DNA of 64,000 nt. It comes from Octopus bimaculoides. Its lineage: Eukaryota. A model generated the notes under the pieces. The model was not told the origin of the DNA. It was given only the letters and a program-made list of their open reading frames with translations, and did not search any database. The position numbers and the translations under genes are program-made. The DNA lies in contig NC_068981.1 of assembly GCF_001194135.2 (NCBI RefSeq), positions 198,810,898 through 198,874,897 on the forward strand, given 5' to 3'. This document shows positions 48,418 to 61,664 of this stretch, piece after piece (positions within the stretch are counted from its first letter, which is position 1; the number at the start of each line of letters is the position of its first letter).

Positions 48418-49775
48418 CATCATCATCATTATCATCATTCAACATCTGTTTCCCATGTTGGCATGGGTTGGACAGTTTGACCAGAGCTGACAAGGCCAGG
48501 GCCCACACCAGGCTCCATTGCTCTGGTTTCTACAGCTGGATGCCCTTCCTAATGCCAGCCACTCCACAGAGTGTACTGGGGGCTTCTTATGTGGCACCAG
48601 GACTGGTCACAATTCTGTTGTGGTAGACAGGTATTCTTGAGTACAACAAGGGGCAGATATCTTAGTCCTTTGTCATCTCCTTCGTAAGGCTCAGTGTTTT
48701 GAGACTGGCCTCCCTAAATTTTAAGTGACAGGCAGATCTGTATGCAACTGTTGATATCCATCTGCATCACCAAACCAGTACACTCTTCTCTCTTGCATGT
48801 TGCATCTAATTCCTCTTATGCCCAGCTGTTCTCTAAATGCACTAGCACTCTGTTGCACATGTACCCTGACATTGCACAACCAGTGGAGCATACTAGCTTC
48901 ATTCCTCTCTAAACTTTGTGCACCTTCTGCATGCAGGGCCCATGTCTCACTACCATGTAGCATTGCCATTCATATACATGCATCATACAGTCTTCCTTTC
49001 ATTCAGAGAGAAAGAGTCCTTNNNNNNNNNNNNNNNNNNNNNNNNNNNNNNNNNNNNNNNNNNNNNNNNNNNNNNNNNNNNNNNNNNNNNNNNNNNNNNN
49101 NNNNNNNNNNNNNNNNNNNNNNNNNNNNNNNNNNNNNNNNNNNNNNNNNNNNNNNNNNNNNNNNNNNNNNNNNNNNNNNNNNNNNNNNNNNNNNNNNNNN
49201 NNNNNNNNNNNNNNNNNNNNNNNNNNNNNNNNNNNNNNNNNNNNNNNNNNNNNNNNNNNNNNNACCTTATCTAATAATCTTCCTATTATTCCACTGCACC
49301 ACTTGTGTGTCCATCGCTTGCACTGGATATACCATATGGAATTCCTGTCTACACCTTTTTTCTACATATTGATCAAGGCCATTTACCTAATGGAGGAAGT
49401 GTCTTGTCCATTTTCTTATTTTCTAGAACCTTAGTCTTTGCTAAGCTAACCTTAAAGCCCTTTGATTTCAGGTTTTGCTTCCACACCTGGGGTTTCTTTT
49501 CTAGTTCTGTTACAGAATCTGCTATGAGAGGAAGATCGTCAGCATACAGTAGTTCCCAGGGGCAGTGAGTCTTGAATTCCTCTGTTTATGGCCTGGAGGA
49601 CAATGATGAATAGGAAGGGGCTGAGGACTTACTCTTGGTGGACACTAAATTCATCACTGTATTTGTGGTTAACTCTCACTTTAGTAACAGCATCTTTGTA
49701 CATGACCTGTACAACTTTCACCAGCCACTCATGTATGCCTAGCCTCCTCAGAGCCCACTATATCATGCAGCAGGG
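48418..49775 (-). mobile_element. RTE LINE 3' portion including 3' UTR and (GAT)n tail (gap 49022-49263)
   Basis: Minus strand encodes ELLYADDLPL, VSLAKTKVL and AMLHGSETW, then runs into the GGAAGGGCATCCAGC...CCATG 3' UTR and a (GAT)n tail. Confidence 0.85.
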
Positions 49776-51978
49776 TTGAGGAGGCTTCAAGGTCTACTTT
49801 GGCATGGTTTGGCACAGGTAATATTTAGCTATAGCTAGATATACTGGAAATTAACCACACTGCTTGTATGACAGTGGCACTCATTTACAACAATCATGTG
49901 ACATCAAAACAATGAGAAACAAACATATGCTCACATATATCCATACATCTATGCATATGACAGGCTTCTTTCAGTTTCTATCAGTCACAGCACTTTGACA
50001 GGCCTGGGGCTACAGTAGGTGTCACACACAGGGACTGAACACGAAATCACATGACCAGGAAGTAAACACCTGCATCTTACTATCCTAACAGCTGTTGATG
50101 GTGACACAATCCTACATCAACCTAAACACAAATAGCCATTTAAAAATAGATTAAACAAATTTTACAGCTAATGCTTAATTAAAATTATGGCGATCTACTA
50201 AAATTTATCAAAATATAAAATAAAAGAATATTCTTTATATTTGTGCAAAACTATTTTTATTAATATTTTTATTAGTACCTTTATTAGTACTTTTATTAGT
50301 AATGGTCATTCGTTGTACAAATGAATAAATTATGACATTTGACTATTCTTGCTTTCTTTCAACTTGTTTTGTACAAAAATCAGATAAAATTTTTAAAAGA
50401 AATTTTAATAAAAATGATGCTGAATGTATGAAGATAATTATATAAAATCACCATATCTCCAAATAGAAATGCTCAATATTATTACCTGGATTATATTGTA
50501 TCAATAATCGACATATAAGATATTTATTGATTTTTATTATTAGTCGTAGCACAACACTAACTTTTTAATAGACCAATATTGATATTTTGTTCATGATGGT
50601 TAAAGACGACTCAGATGCTATTAGAATTTTATCAGAAATAAACAAAAAGTTTATTCTTGGAAAAGCACGGAATTGAAGAGGTTCTTTAAAGTAAGCAGTT
50701 TATGCCGAGAAAAGAACATTTTGAAACCATTTTGGTTGAAGATAAAACTGCTTGTACAAACGATAAAAGAAACAAGTTTGCATGGAATAGCAGACAAAAA
50801 ACATGACTGCTTTTAACTAACATTTTCTATTCTTTCTGCTTAATTGGATGAAATAAGTTGGTTAACACTAGAATATCAACACTTTGATGTTTATGAAATG
50901 AAATTTTAGATTCTATTTCACACACATTTTGAACATTTTTTTTCCTCTTCAAAATAAAGAAAAAAACAAAATAATTTCAAAGAAGTTTTCTTTTATGAAA
51001 GAAAATTAGGAAATCGAGTATTTAAGTGTTTGATAAAAGATTCTTTCTGCAAGTTGTGAATACATCAATAGACATGGCACAATTTCCATAGTTTAATATG
51101 GAAAACAACTGCAAGAACAACAACAATGGCAGTAATAAACAAAAGTGTACTGAAGTGGGTTTTTTTCTTTTTGTTCTTTGGAAGGATTTCAATCTAAGAA
51201 GAACAACAAAATGGTTATCAGAGCAGATTACTGGAATTCATTGATAAGAAAAATATTTGGTATGTAGAACACAATGAGGAAATTTTGTTGATCAAATTTC
51301 TTAACTGAAATCAAATTTGAGCAGGAAGCAAAAAAAAAAAAAAAAAAAAGGGCTGCAACAAAACACTGATCATAGAATTTCTCAAAGTTGAACTTAGGTT
51401 TTTGTGTAGAGAACTGCAGTATATTGCAAATCAAAATTTCATCTTTGCCAATCAATAAATGCCACAGAAGTCATCTTNNNNNNNNNNAAAGACATTGAAA
51501 ATGACTTGCACATGCACAACACATCTAATTATCTTGAATAAAATTAATATCAAGATAAGACCACACGTCATTCTCTCTCTCTCTCTCTCTCTCTGCCACA
51601 TCAATGAAACACACTTGCATGCATATCTGCATATTACATTGCAGCAATTACTTTTCCCATTCCAGTGAATACAGCAGCATGTTAAAGATAAGTGTAATGT
51701 TAAAGGTAAGTGTCAGCATCTCCACATTCATAATGTATTGCTTCTTGTTTTCTGTACTTAGGAACAAAAGTTCCATCTTAGTTCCAAGTAAACATCAGTC
51801 ACAGATATATGATGTCATAAATCATGTTATGTCATATATGATATGCCCAGTCCAGACATTCCAACCCTTCCATTTCACTTCTTAACTCCAATTCTCAACC
51901 AATGACAAACATGTTGCTATCAACATGACATGAATCAAGACAGATTTAGTTTTATAGTTGCAATATATATATATATTG

Positions 51979-52022
<44 letters not shown>

Positions 52023-52139
52023 ATATTTGAGAAGTTTGCACGAAACATTGTCTGATGCTTTATAATTGTTTTTGTAAAGTCAAAACAATGCACGCAACAC
52101 AAAATAATACAAGTTGATGGTTTGTACTTTTATTGCGTA

Positions 52140-52965
52140 CTTTTCAACATTTAAGGGTTAGGACCCCATCTTCAAGAAGTCCTTGGAGAAATGGTGTTGT
52201 GATTTCTTTGTTCTGTGTGTTTATGAAGGGTTGCTTTGCTACAATAGTCAATCAACCGTGAGCAGTTTGGTTCTATTGTTAATATATTAGTTGGTCTTGC
52301 TAATTAAGAAGCTTCTTTTATTTTCAGGTTTCCAATATTTCATTCTGTAGCTTCAGTGGAAACCTGGATGTCTAGAATGTGGCAATTCTGTCGGTATTTT
52401 TTTTATGTAAGAAGCATTATCATAAATAGCACTTTCAATGAGAATACATTACAATTTCTACAACATGTGATTTTATACATGATGTACAACTACAGACATA
52501 TTTTCATCACTGATCAGACAGTTGGGCAATGTACATATGGGTGCTGTTTGGTGTCAGCCCATTTTTTGTTAGGATCCTCCTTGAGAAGGTGAGGGTGGGT
52601 GGGTGAAGTATGTCAGTCATATATTCAACCCTTCTCTACAGATTGCATGGCAGATTGTAGCTGTTCTTTTTCTTTTTACTAAAATGTAGCAGTTTCAAAA
52701 AAACCTGTAATCCTTGAATGTGTGGGTTTTGTTAGATGTTCTGGTGATGTCTTGGTGTTTAGTAAAAGAGTATGGAAAGCCATTCTTCATCAGGACTTTT
52801 TCGAATTGTATGGTGTTGGATGTATTTGCTTCCTGCCTAATTGCATCTGCTGCGTATACTGTGAATGGCATTTCTAATGCAGGCCATCTGAGATACGACC
52901 GATGTCAGCGGATTACATTCTTTTATTTGTTACAGTCATCTCTTCTTCTGAACTGCTAAGTTACG
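52140..52965 (-). mobile_element. Penelope-like element 3' fragment (RT C-terminus, GIY-YIG region, pLTR), decayed
   Basis: Minus-strand translation gives FEKVLMKNGFPYSF and LYIMYKITCCRNCNVF (GIY-YIG-like VYKITCxxC), interrupted by stops and frameshifts. A hammerhead relic (52142-52179) and AATAAA (52129-52134) follow. Confidence 0.7.
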
Positions 52966-53054
52966 GGGACGTAAACACACCAACATCGTTTGTCAAGCAA
53001 TGGTGGGGGAGACAAACACTGAAACACAAAACATATACACTCTCACACACATAT

Positions 53055-53213
53055 ACGACGGGCTTCTTTCAGTTTCCATCTCCCAAATCCACTCACAAGG
53101 CTTTGGATGGCCTGAGGCTATAGTAAAAGACAGTTACCCAAGGTACCATACAGTGGGACTGAACCCAGAAGCATGTGGTTGGTAAGCAAGCTGCATACCA
53201 CACAGTCACTCCT
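53055..53213 (-). mobile_element. SINE family A, 5' part
   Basis: ggcttctttcagtttcc...gtgggactgaacccagaagcatgtggttggtaagcaagc...ccacacag. Similar minus-strand fragments lie at about 12268-12350, 14755-14873, 40415-40515 and 49960-50068. Confidence 0.75.
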
Positions 53214-54311
53214 GTGCCCTGTTCAGGCTTGGATATCGAAAACCTAAGTGGGGGTCTATATCACCTTAAAACACTTAACATTTTATAACACTCTAGAAAT
53301 GTACATTTAATCTACATCCAGGCACACCACCCCCACCTCCTCCCCCCACAAAGATCTTCAAAAGAAATTAGCCTTTGGTCAGATTCTGGGTCATTAGGTT
53401 ATTATAAAACATCAACAGTGAATTATCAGTCAATGTGTTAGTGAACAACACATACACACTATACAACACACACACACACACACATGCACACACACACACA
53501 TGCACGTTATAATCTGAGACTGGTTATAAAATAATATAGGAATGTTTTATTCAAATAAGGTAATTATCAAAAACAACAAAAAAAGGACAAATGGAGTCAA
53601 TAAAATAACAAAAGGTTATAAAAACAAAATTATCCTTCCTTTTTCTAATTTGAATGACTTTCAATCAGCCACTCATATTTCTGATAGATTATCAACCAAG
53701 AAATGATAAAGTGTAGAGTCAGTGAAGTATCTGATTAAAGTGTTGAGACGATCAACTTGTGAAGTGATCACATCCACTTATCTAACCCCCACTTAATATC
53801 TTCAGATAATAGATTATTCTCCACAAACAAATAACGAATGTAACCTCAGTGGAAAATGATTGTAAGGACAATGCTGCAACGTAAAGAGATAAAAGAAATG
53901 GCTTCTCTACAGCAATACACAGTAACTACATTAGCTCTGGCCAATAAGGCATAAGAGATAGTTTGGTAAAGGGTCAGTCACCAATCCATTTCAACATCTG
54001 GTCACTTACAAATGTGGTCTCTTCTCTCTCCCTCTTTCTCATAACCATTGCAACAACTGTCTTTGCTTGGCTAAATTATCTGGGTATATACCCCATCCAT
54101 CACATGACCAATGAGAACAAGATGCAATGGAAACATGTTGATGTTATATTAAACCTCTTCAGTGCATACCAAGTAATACATATGCAATGCCCATTTGTAG
54201 AATCACCCTATGAAGTGTTTTGTATATATACCCCTTTAAAGACAGGTATACAATGAACTTTACATACATCTCTCAATATTAACTTCAAACTCCACTCCAG
54301 ATAGGTCAATA

Positions 54312-54346
<35 letters not shown>

Positions 54347-54778
54347 CAAACCAAAATGTGCAGACACCCCTACATACTTTGAGCTAGGGATGAAGATACA
54401 TGGCCAGGAACCAAAAGCATACAAGTTTAACTGTATGTGGTGTCGTGTATGATGTCTCCCCCTTTTTTTTAAAGCAATGCAGATAATTTTAAATCACAGG
54501 TAATATAGATACACCACTAACCCTTCTGTTAAATTGTTTTCATAAACAACTGGACATAAAATCAAACATTAACACACACACACATACACGTGTCTGAGTA
54601 TCAGTTGTCTGTTGGACAGCTCTCTCTCTCACCCTGGATGCTCTGCTGGGATAAGGGTGGGAAGATTGGGAAGATGTCTATGTCCACCTATGACTACAGA
54701 GGGAATTAAAACAACTAGCCAAATCACATTACCAGCTAAGAGCTGATACTTGTTTGAAAGTATTGGTCGACAAGCTTC

Positions 54779-54816
<38 letters not shown>

Positions 54817-54823
54817 GGTTCTA

Positions 54824-56824
54824 AGTAATTTGACTGCCAGTCAATTCCACTTCCGGTAATTTCACTCCTAACATTAGACAAAATAGATAAATAAAACATT
54901 GAAATTCATTATTATTGTTGTTGATGATAATGATGATTTACAGGGTGATTCTGTTACCTGAAAGCATCTTTTCAGTCACCACTTTTGGTTGTTTATTTAC
55001 AGAATAATTGAGTTACCTGAAAGCATCTTTTCAGTCGTCTATTCGGGAGTTTTATTGGAAGAATTGACAGCTTTACCTGCGATCCCTTCCTTCCTCATTC
55101 ATTACTGTTGTGGAAGGATTCTGACCCTCTCCATATGATTGAAAGTGGATTGCTATAAATAAAGAACTGTCGAGTTATCAAGAGTTGATTGGTCAGCAGT
55201 TCATTGTGAGCCGTGTAACAGTAAGCCTTGTGCTTCCGTGCAAATACTTTGTTAAATTATTTATCCATCTTACAACGATATAAAAGTTTCTTAAGAAGGA
55301 AATATACATACACTGTGCCCCACGTTTTTAACTATCCATGGAAGGAAAAAACTTGTGGGTGACATGAATTACATACACGAAGCACAGAAACAAAATGCTG
55401 ATGGCTCTAAGACTTACCGAGGATACAAAATTAGGTCCTGTAAAGCTTGAGTCCACACCATGACACACAATGAAGATTATAATGAAGCACATTGGTGGAC
55501 ATCATCATAGTTTGTGTGCTTCAAAACTGAAAGTTTGCAAAACTTTAGTGGACTTAAAGACAAAAGCAGCTGCTTCCTAGGAATCTTCTCATTCATTAAA
55601 TGTGACCGTTTGTGAAAAGCTTGATGAAAATGAAATGGCCCACATGCCCTCGTCTTTGTGTGCAAGTTGCAATATAAGGAACTGGTGTCAAGCAAAAGAA
55701 AGTGCCCCTCCAATCCCTCAGAGTCGATTTGGTTATGAGATACCCGATGAATATTAGTTCTTTGATAATGGCGAACTTTTCTGGCAGTTTGATAGTGGTG
55801 AAACTGGTGTAGACAGATTGTGTTTGCAACTGACAAAGGAATTGATGACTCAGTGAATGTAAAACACTGGGCAAGGTGATGGAACTTCGAAGTGCTCCCC
55901 AACTGAACTTTATCAGTTGTACATGCTTCATATTCAAATGGGTTCATTCAGTGTTCCACTTTCTTTCAAACAAGAATCAAGAAAATTACACCTGCCTTTT
56001 TAATAAGCTAAATGAATTACGTCAAGGACTGAACCCTGAAAACCTTATGATGGATTTTGAAAAAGCTCACATTAATAGCATTTTATCTGTGTTTCCTAGG
56101 GCTTCCATCTCATGTTGTCTTTTTCATCTGTCTGAAAATCTGTCCAGAAAAGTCTGTGAATTTGGCTTTAAGGAAAGATAGCATCAGGATAATGAGTTTA
56201 GCATTAAAATCAGATGTTTTTCAGTGCTGACTTTTCTTCCTCTTGAGGTTGTGATCAACAGAGTTGAAGATCTTGTAGATGATGATGATGATCGTCCACA
56301 AGAAATTGTGTCCTACTTTGAATCATTGTGCATGGGATGAGTACGAGGGAGAGGAATTAGACAAAGAAAATCTTCTCTTTGGTTTCCCATTGATAGTTGG
56401 AATGCTTGCTTTAGAACAGAACCAGGCATTCCTTGCACTAAAAACCATTTACAGAGATATCACAATGCACTACAAAGTTCTTTAACTTGCACACATCCGA
56501 ATATATGGAAACTAATTGCGGCACTGAAAAGGGAAGAACATTTGGCACAGCTGAGAAAGGAAGAATTTGATTGAGGTGAGATCTGCGACACCAAAAAAAA
56601 AAGTATAAAGCTATAAACAAACAGCTGCAGATAATTATTGAGCGAACTCGTCCCGAATATAAAATGGAATTTTTACAAGCAATCGCCCATGACCTTCATC
56701 ATTATTAAAGCTTTTAGGAATATTTTTATGCTTTACGATGATTTTTATTGTATCTTTATTCAATGTTTTATTTTTTTTTCTAATATTGGGAGTGGAATTA
56801 TCAGGAGTCAAATTACTGGTCACC
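54824..56824 (+). mobile_element. MULE (Mutator-like) DNA transposon, ~2 kb, decayed transposase with imperfect TIRs
   Basis: GDGTSK (D1), LMMDFEKA (D2) and SCCLFHL (CxxH-type motif), then HPNIWKLI. The left TIR 54824-54903 matches the reverse complement of 56759-56817 (agtaatttgact...aattccact...ataaaacattgaa). No clear TSD. Confidence 0.85.
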
Positions 56825-58456
56825 GTCTGTCTGTCTGTATGTATGTATACACATGTATATTAAACACACACACACACGTGTGCACACAAATGTACACACA
56901 TTCACTCAAATCCTTGAGGAAACAATATATTTCAAGAGAGCAACACTATAGAAATACTATTTTACTTTTTGTCAGAACATTTAATGAACCATAAACAAAT
57001 TCAACTTTCCCACAAATAGATTTAGATTCCAATTTCTCACATAATAAAGTGCCATGATATTTTGGCAATCCATTCTAGGAAGTGAAATGGAATCTTGCTT
57101 GGTATGGAATAAATACAACTAATTAGGTTTGGTTTGGCAGAAATTCTTCATTTGAAAGCAATATAGGAAACAGAAAAGAAAATTTGGTTGAAAACTCTAT
57201 GAGGAAATACAGCAAAAATGTGACATTTTTGTCAAGTCAAAAGAAATGGCACCATGTATTTAATTTGTATTCTCATACCTGAAGAGTGTCAAGTCAAAAT
57301 AAGAAACACAGGTATAGCTTAAAATTATATGAAATATTAATTCAAATAATAATAATAATAATAATAATAATATTAACAGTACAATATTAAATGAAAGTTT
57401 ACATCTCTGTGTTGCCATAACTGAGTAATTCTGTTTATTTTTAAGTGAGAATCTTATGGCCATTGATGAAAGCCAAAGTGAGCAATGTCTTGTTAAACAT
57501 TGTCACAGCTTGCAGTCTTTCGCAATATGCAACACTGAGAAGCAATCAAATTTAGTTGACAGTAAAATTATTAATTTTATTACAACTAAAAATATTTATT
57601 CAGATCAAAGAAATCTAGAAATAAAAATTGGAGGAGTGATATTTCCATTTTCATTTCAAATTTCCAATTGGAGCAAATATATCTTCTCCAAATCAATATC
57701 CGTGAGTTGTAGTTTAGATGTAAGTTAGTATTTATTGAAAAGGCCCATGACCAAAGCTGTTTCACACTTGATCATCCCGTCTCTTCTTTTTCCAGTCACA
57801 GTGTATTGAGGACAACAATACTTAAAGTGACCTTTAGTCTAAGATGATAGAGCTTCATTTAAAAGCAATTTAGCTACTGCTTCTAGCTGGTTGATTTCTA
57901 TATTATATCTTTAACAAAATTGGTGAAATAACAGTGAGGAAATTAAGACTTTAGTCCATTGCAAGTTATTTGATTATTGTTGGGTATAAATAGCACCCAC
58001 CTCTCTCTCCTTCCCTTTTTCTGCACCTCCCCGCTCACCTGCAGACCCCCACCAATGCCACTTTGATTCACAGACAATCAATGAAAACTCAATTGCAGAC
58101 ACCACTGTTAGCTACATCTTATTCGAATGATATTATCTCCTCTGTTGTATGGATTACCTGACTCACACTGTGATATAATCCAGAAATAATGACATAAGAC
58201 GTCCATCACACAAATATCTGCTCTCATCTCATTAATCAGTTCCTACGGGATTAGAAGGAACTTTCTTCGCACAAGAAATAATAATCTGATTATCAACTGC
58301 GACACAGTCACCGTCTCTTCTGTGCACACAACAACCCTGGCTTCCCCCACTGATTCAGCCATTGTCTCCTATGATTGATTTCTGGAATTTTGTACCAGTA
58401 ATTAAACATGATTACAGAAAAAGAAAAAAATCTTTAATCAGACTCCAATCTATTGG

Positions 58457-58782
58457 AATGGCTGTATGGTTAAGAGGTTTGTTTTGCTACCACATGGTTC
58501 CAGGTTCAGTCCTAATGTGTGGCATCTTGGGTAGGTGCCTTGGACCAATCAAACCTTTGCGAGTGGATTTCGTAGATGGAAACTGAAAGAAGCCTGTTGT
58601 ATGTGCATGTGTCCCCCACACCACCACCACCACTTGACAACTAGTGATACAGCAAAAGAGACTGATAAAAAAAATACCAGACTTAAAAAAGGAGAAGTCC
58701 TGGGGTCAATTTGTTTGACCCTTCAAGGTGGTGCCCCAGCATGGCCACAATCCAATGACTGAAACAAGTGAAAGATATAAGA
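58457..58782 (+). mobile_element. tRNA-headed SINE family A, near full length
   Basis: A-box-like TGGCTGTATGGT and B-box-like GGTTCAGTCC, then the shared body ...gtggattt.gtagatggaaactgaaagaagcc and the tail ...ccccagcatggccac...gactgaaacaag. Confidence 0.8.
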
Positions 58783-58846
58783 TTATAATAGTTAAATTAT
58801 AAATTTCATTTAATCTAACAATACATGAGTTAAAGTGAAGATTTAA

Positions 58847-59038
58847 CCCTTTCGCTATCAACCTGGCTGAAACCACCTCTGGCTCTGTAGTACAAATGTT
58901 TTGTTTCCAAAAGTTCTGAATTAAAATCTTTCACCAAACCTTAGTCACAACAAAGTTATTTTATTAAATTCTTTGTTTTATCTAAAATTAATTGAAAGAA
59001 ACACAGAGCATCTCAACAGAAATTTAGTAACAAAAGGG
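58847..59038. mobile_element. piggyBac-type MITE, family 1 (copy with ~30-bp internal deletion)
   Basis: TTAA|CCCTTTCGC...CAAAAGGG|TTAG, colinear with 14019-14241. Confidence 0.8.
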
Positions 59039-59436
59039 TTAGCAATGCTGTCTGCAATGTCTGGCTCTCAGTAATGGAATCTCTTATGAATTACCATAAA
59101 CCTGAGTTAGAAAAGAAAACTATTCCAAACACAAAGACAATTCCATCTGAAAGCAGTTACCTAGGTTTTATTTTGTAATTAAATAAAATTAATTCAATGA
59201 CAGCAGCTGTAATATAACCACTACAGCAATATCCGATATTTTAGTGGAGCCATACCAAAATAGAAATAATTTTCACACAGAATCCAAAAGTGATCTGTGT
59301 CAAGAGGCTGGGTTTGGTCTTTAAATTTGGTTTTGCTCTCAATATTATTTCAACTTTGTTTTAAATATTTGATTATATTTTAAAGAAATATAATTTTACA
59401 TTATTTACAATGGACAGATCGGTCACCTTGTTTGTT

Positions 59437-59480
59437 GCTACCAAGTTTCGGCTGATGTACTCTCCAGTCTTCATCAGGTG
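59437..59480 (-). ncRNA. Degenerate hammerhead-like motif, mirror copy in the left arm of the palindrome
   Basis: Minus strand: CAC-CTGATGA-A-GACTG-gagagtacat-CAGCC-GAAA-CTTGGTAG. Stem II has one mismatch; stem III and the 3' strand of stem I are decayed. Confidence 0.4.
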
Positions 59481-59685
59481 TTCTGGCGGAATTTTGAACC
59501 CAACCCCTTATTTGACTAATGGGGTTCTCTGTTTTCATTCCTAAGGTATTCTTTTTTTTTTTTTTACTGATGTTATTTTTTCTGTAGATATTATTCTCCC
59601 ACCCACCACAAAAAGAATACCTTAGGAATGAGAACAAAATACCCCATTAGTCAAATAATGGATTAGGTTTGAAATTTCACCAGAA

Positions 59686-59727
59686 CACCTGATGAAGGCT
59701 GGAGAGTACATCAGCCGAAATGTTGTG
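59686..59727 (+). ncRNA. Minimal type I hammerhead-like motif (Penelope pLTR type)
   Basis: CAC-CTGATGA-A-GGCTG-gagagtacat-CAGCC-GAAA-TGTT-GTG: core boxes, perfect 5-bp stem II, 3-bp stem I, and stem III ATGT (probably a CpG-decayed ACGT). Confidence 0.6.
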
Positions 59728-60339
59728 AGAACAAACAAGATGAGGACACCTATCCGTCCATTGTAAATAATGTACATAATTCCTCATCACAAAAATATAG
59801 AACAGAATTTTGCACCACTTAAAAATACAATTCACACTTTTCTACCATTGACCATTGTTACATATTTATCCTGAGTCCCCCAACTCAGCTGACTGTTTTC
59901 ACAAATGATCATCTGTTTGCACAGTTTGTAATAGAAATAACACTTTTCATCTGGGTTGTCTTTGGTCTTTGGTCAGATTACCAAGTTCGTTTATAGGCAG
60001 CAACCATTCACAAATGGGAAACCCATATAGATACACATACCTGGATATATATATATGTCACGAGACATGGACGGACACACGGACACACACACATCATGAT
60101 GATGAATTCCTAAAAGGGCAGAAAGCAATAAATAGGTTTTATACAAATCCTGGACTACTTCCTGTTTCTTATCTCTCTCTCTCTCTCTCTCCCTACACAC
60201 ACACACACACAATATATATATATGAAACTTAGATAAAACTTAGATTTATATATTCATTACACACACCTATAAGTAGGAAAACAGACAAACCACAAATCCC
60301 TTGAAGGAAGTGGTCACAAAGGTGGTGTTAGAAACTCCA

Positions 60340-61040
60340 TACAGTGCAAGCTGTGAACACATAAGAGGTGCAGCAGTATCAGAGGAAGGTTAATGGAGAA
60401 AATATTCTTTGTGGGTGGCAAATGTGTGGGTGTAATAAGCACAGATAATACACAGACAATAGACTCCCTGAAATGCTTGAGGAGATCATTGGAAGTAGTA
60501 GATAGCCTCTGTTACCTAGGAGATCAAGTTAGCATTGAGGGAGGATGAAGGTTTGAATGTGTAGTTGCTAGAATAAGAAAGTTCAGAGAGTTTGTTTGTT
60601 GGTAACTAAGGGCCTCTCCCTCAGAGTGAAAGGCAAGTCGTATGATGTGTGTGTGTACATACAGCTATGCTGCATGGCAGTGAGACATGCAGCATAGGAT
60701 TCAGAGGACATGCGTAGGCTTGTAAGAAATGAAGCCAGTATGCTCCACTGGATATGCAATGTCAGTGTGCATACATGACAGAGTGCAAGCACCCTGAGAG
60801 ACAAACTGGGAATATGAGGCATCAGATGTAAGAGAAAAGACTGCACTCTGCACCACAGTGAATGCATTCATGCTGGTGCCACATATAAAGCACCCAGCAC
60901 ACTCTGTAAAGTGTCTGGTGTTAGGAAGGGCAGCCAGCAATAGAAACAAGGCCAAAAAAGACAATCGGAGCCTGGACAGCTCTGTCAAACTGTCAACCCA
61001 TGCCAGCATGGAAAATGGATGTTAAATGATGAGGATGATG
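60340..61040 (+). mobile_element. RTE LINE 3' portion with 3' UTR and (GAT)n tail
   Basis: Colinear with 23470-24020 (LEVVDSLCYLGDQVS, LRVKGKSYD, AMLHGSET), then GTTAGGAAGGGCAGCCAGC...CCATGCCAGCATGGAAAATGGATGTTAAATGATGAG. Confidence 0.85.
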
Positions 61041-61664
61041 ATCTGTTCAGGTACTGTTGTTGACTGGTTCACCTCATCAAACAAAATCTCTAAATGTTCC
61101 ATATCTATATCTACAATAATCTAAACCACGTTAAGAAATCTTCAGGAGATTTCTAAGCAGTGAATTCCTTTAGAGTCACCATTGATACATTTGTAATGAA
61201 AATTTGATAAGTCCACCTTGGCTTCTGTTTCGTAGAAGTGTTATCATCAACAGGCAGCCACCACAGCTGATAAGTTAAGCGACTTTTCTTTATCAGTTAA
61301 AGTGTTTCCTTTCAGGTTGCAAAGAAGGAAATCAGAGTCAAGGAAAGTAACAGCTTCACTTATCTGAAAGAAAAACTTCTCTTACAACTCAACACTGTCA
61401 TGGGAAGTGAGGCGTGTGCATGCGTGTGTGCATGCGTGTGTGTGTGAGTGAGTGTATACAAATATGTAATTGTTTTCTGAAATGGGATTGCATATCTAAA
61501 GTTTTGCTATGTTATACACCCTTGTGTGTTTTCCTCTTTAATATATATGAATAAAATTCAATATATTAAATAGGGGTGTTTATTAATAGCTGTCAGGAAT
61601 GTATTATCTGTGCAAATAGATTTATGTGATGTAGTGAGTCCCTTAATAATAGGGGTGACAAAGT

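Larger units (their letters stand above)
59397..59774. mobile_element. Palindromic element (~160-bp inverted arms, 53-nt spacer), probably inverted Penelope-like pseudo-LTRs
   Basis: The left arm 59397-59556 is the reverse complement of 59610-59774 at roughly 85% identity by eye, and each arm carries a CTGATGA...GAAA motif. Confidence 0.75.

Noticed and set aside
52025-52060. GAAACATTGTC, the 3' half of a hammerhead on +
   Set aside because: No intact CUGANGA and no stem I.
54023-54065. MVMRKREREETTF|gtaagt as a candidate Cds first exon
   Set aside because: Mostly a purine-rich low-complexity run with no promoter features; it cannot be distinguished from chance.
54953-55036. Repeat-spacer-repeat pattern resembling CRISPR
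   Set aside because: Only two repeats, in a eukaryotic context with no cas genes, inside a MULE subterminal region.
58300-58370. MAESVGEARVVVCTEET|gtgact as a candidate Cds first exon
   Set aside because: The donor is weak and the opposite strand resembles a decayed RTE endonuclease segment.
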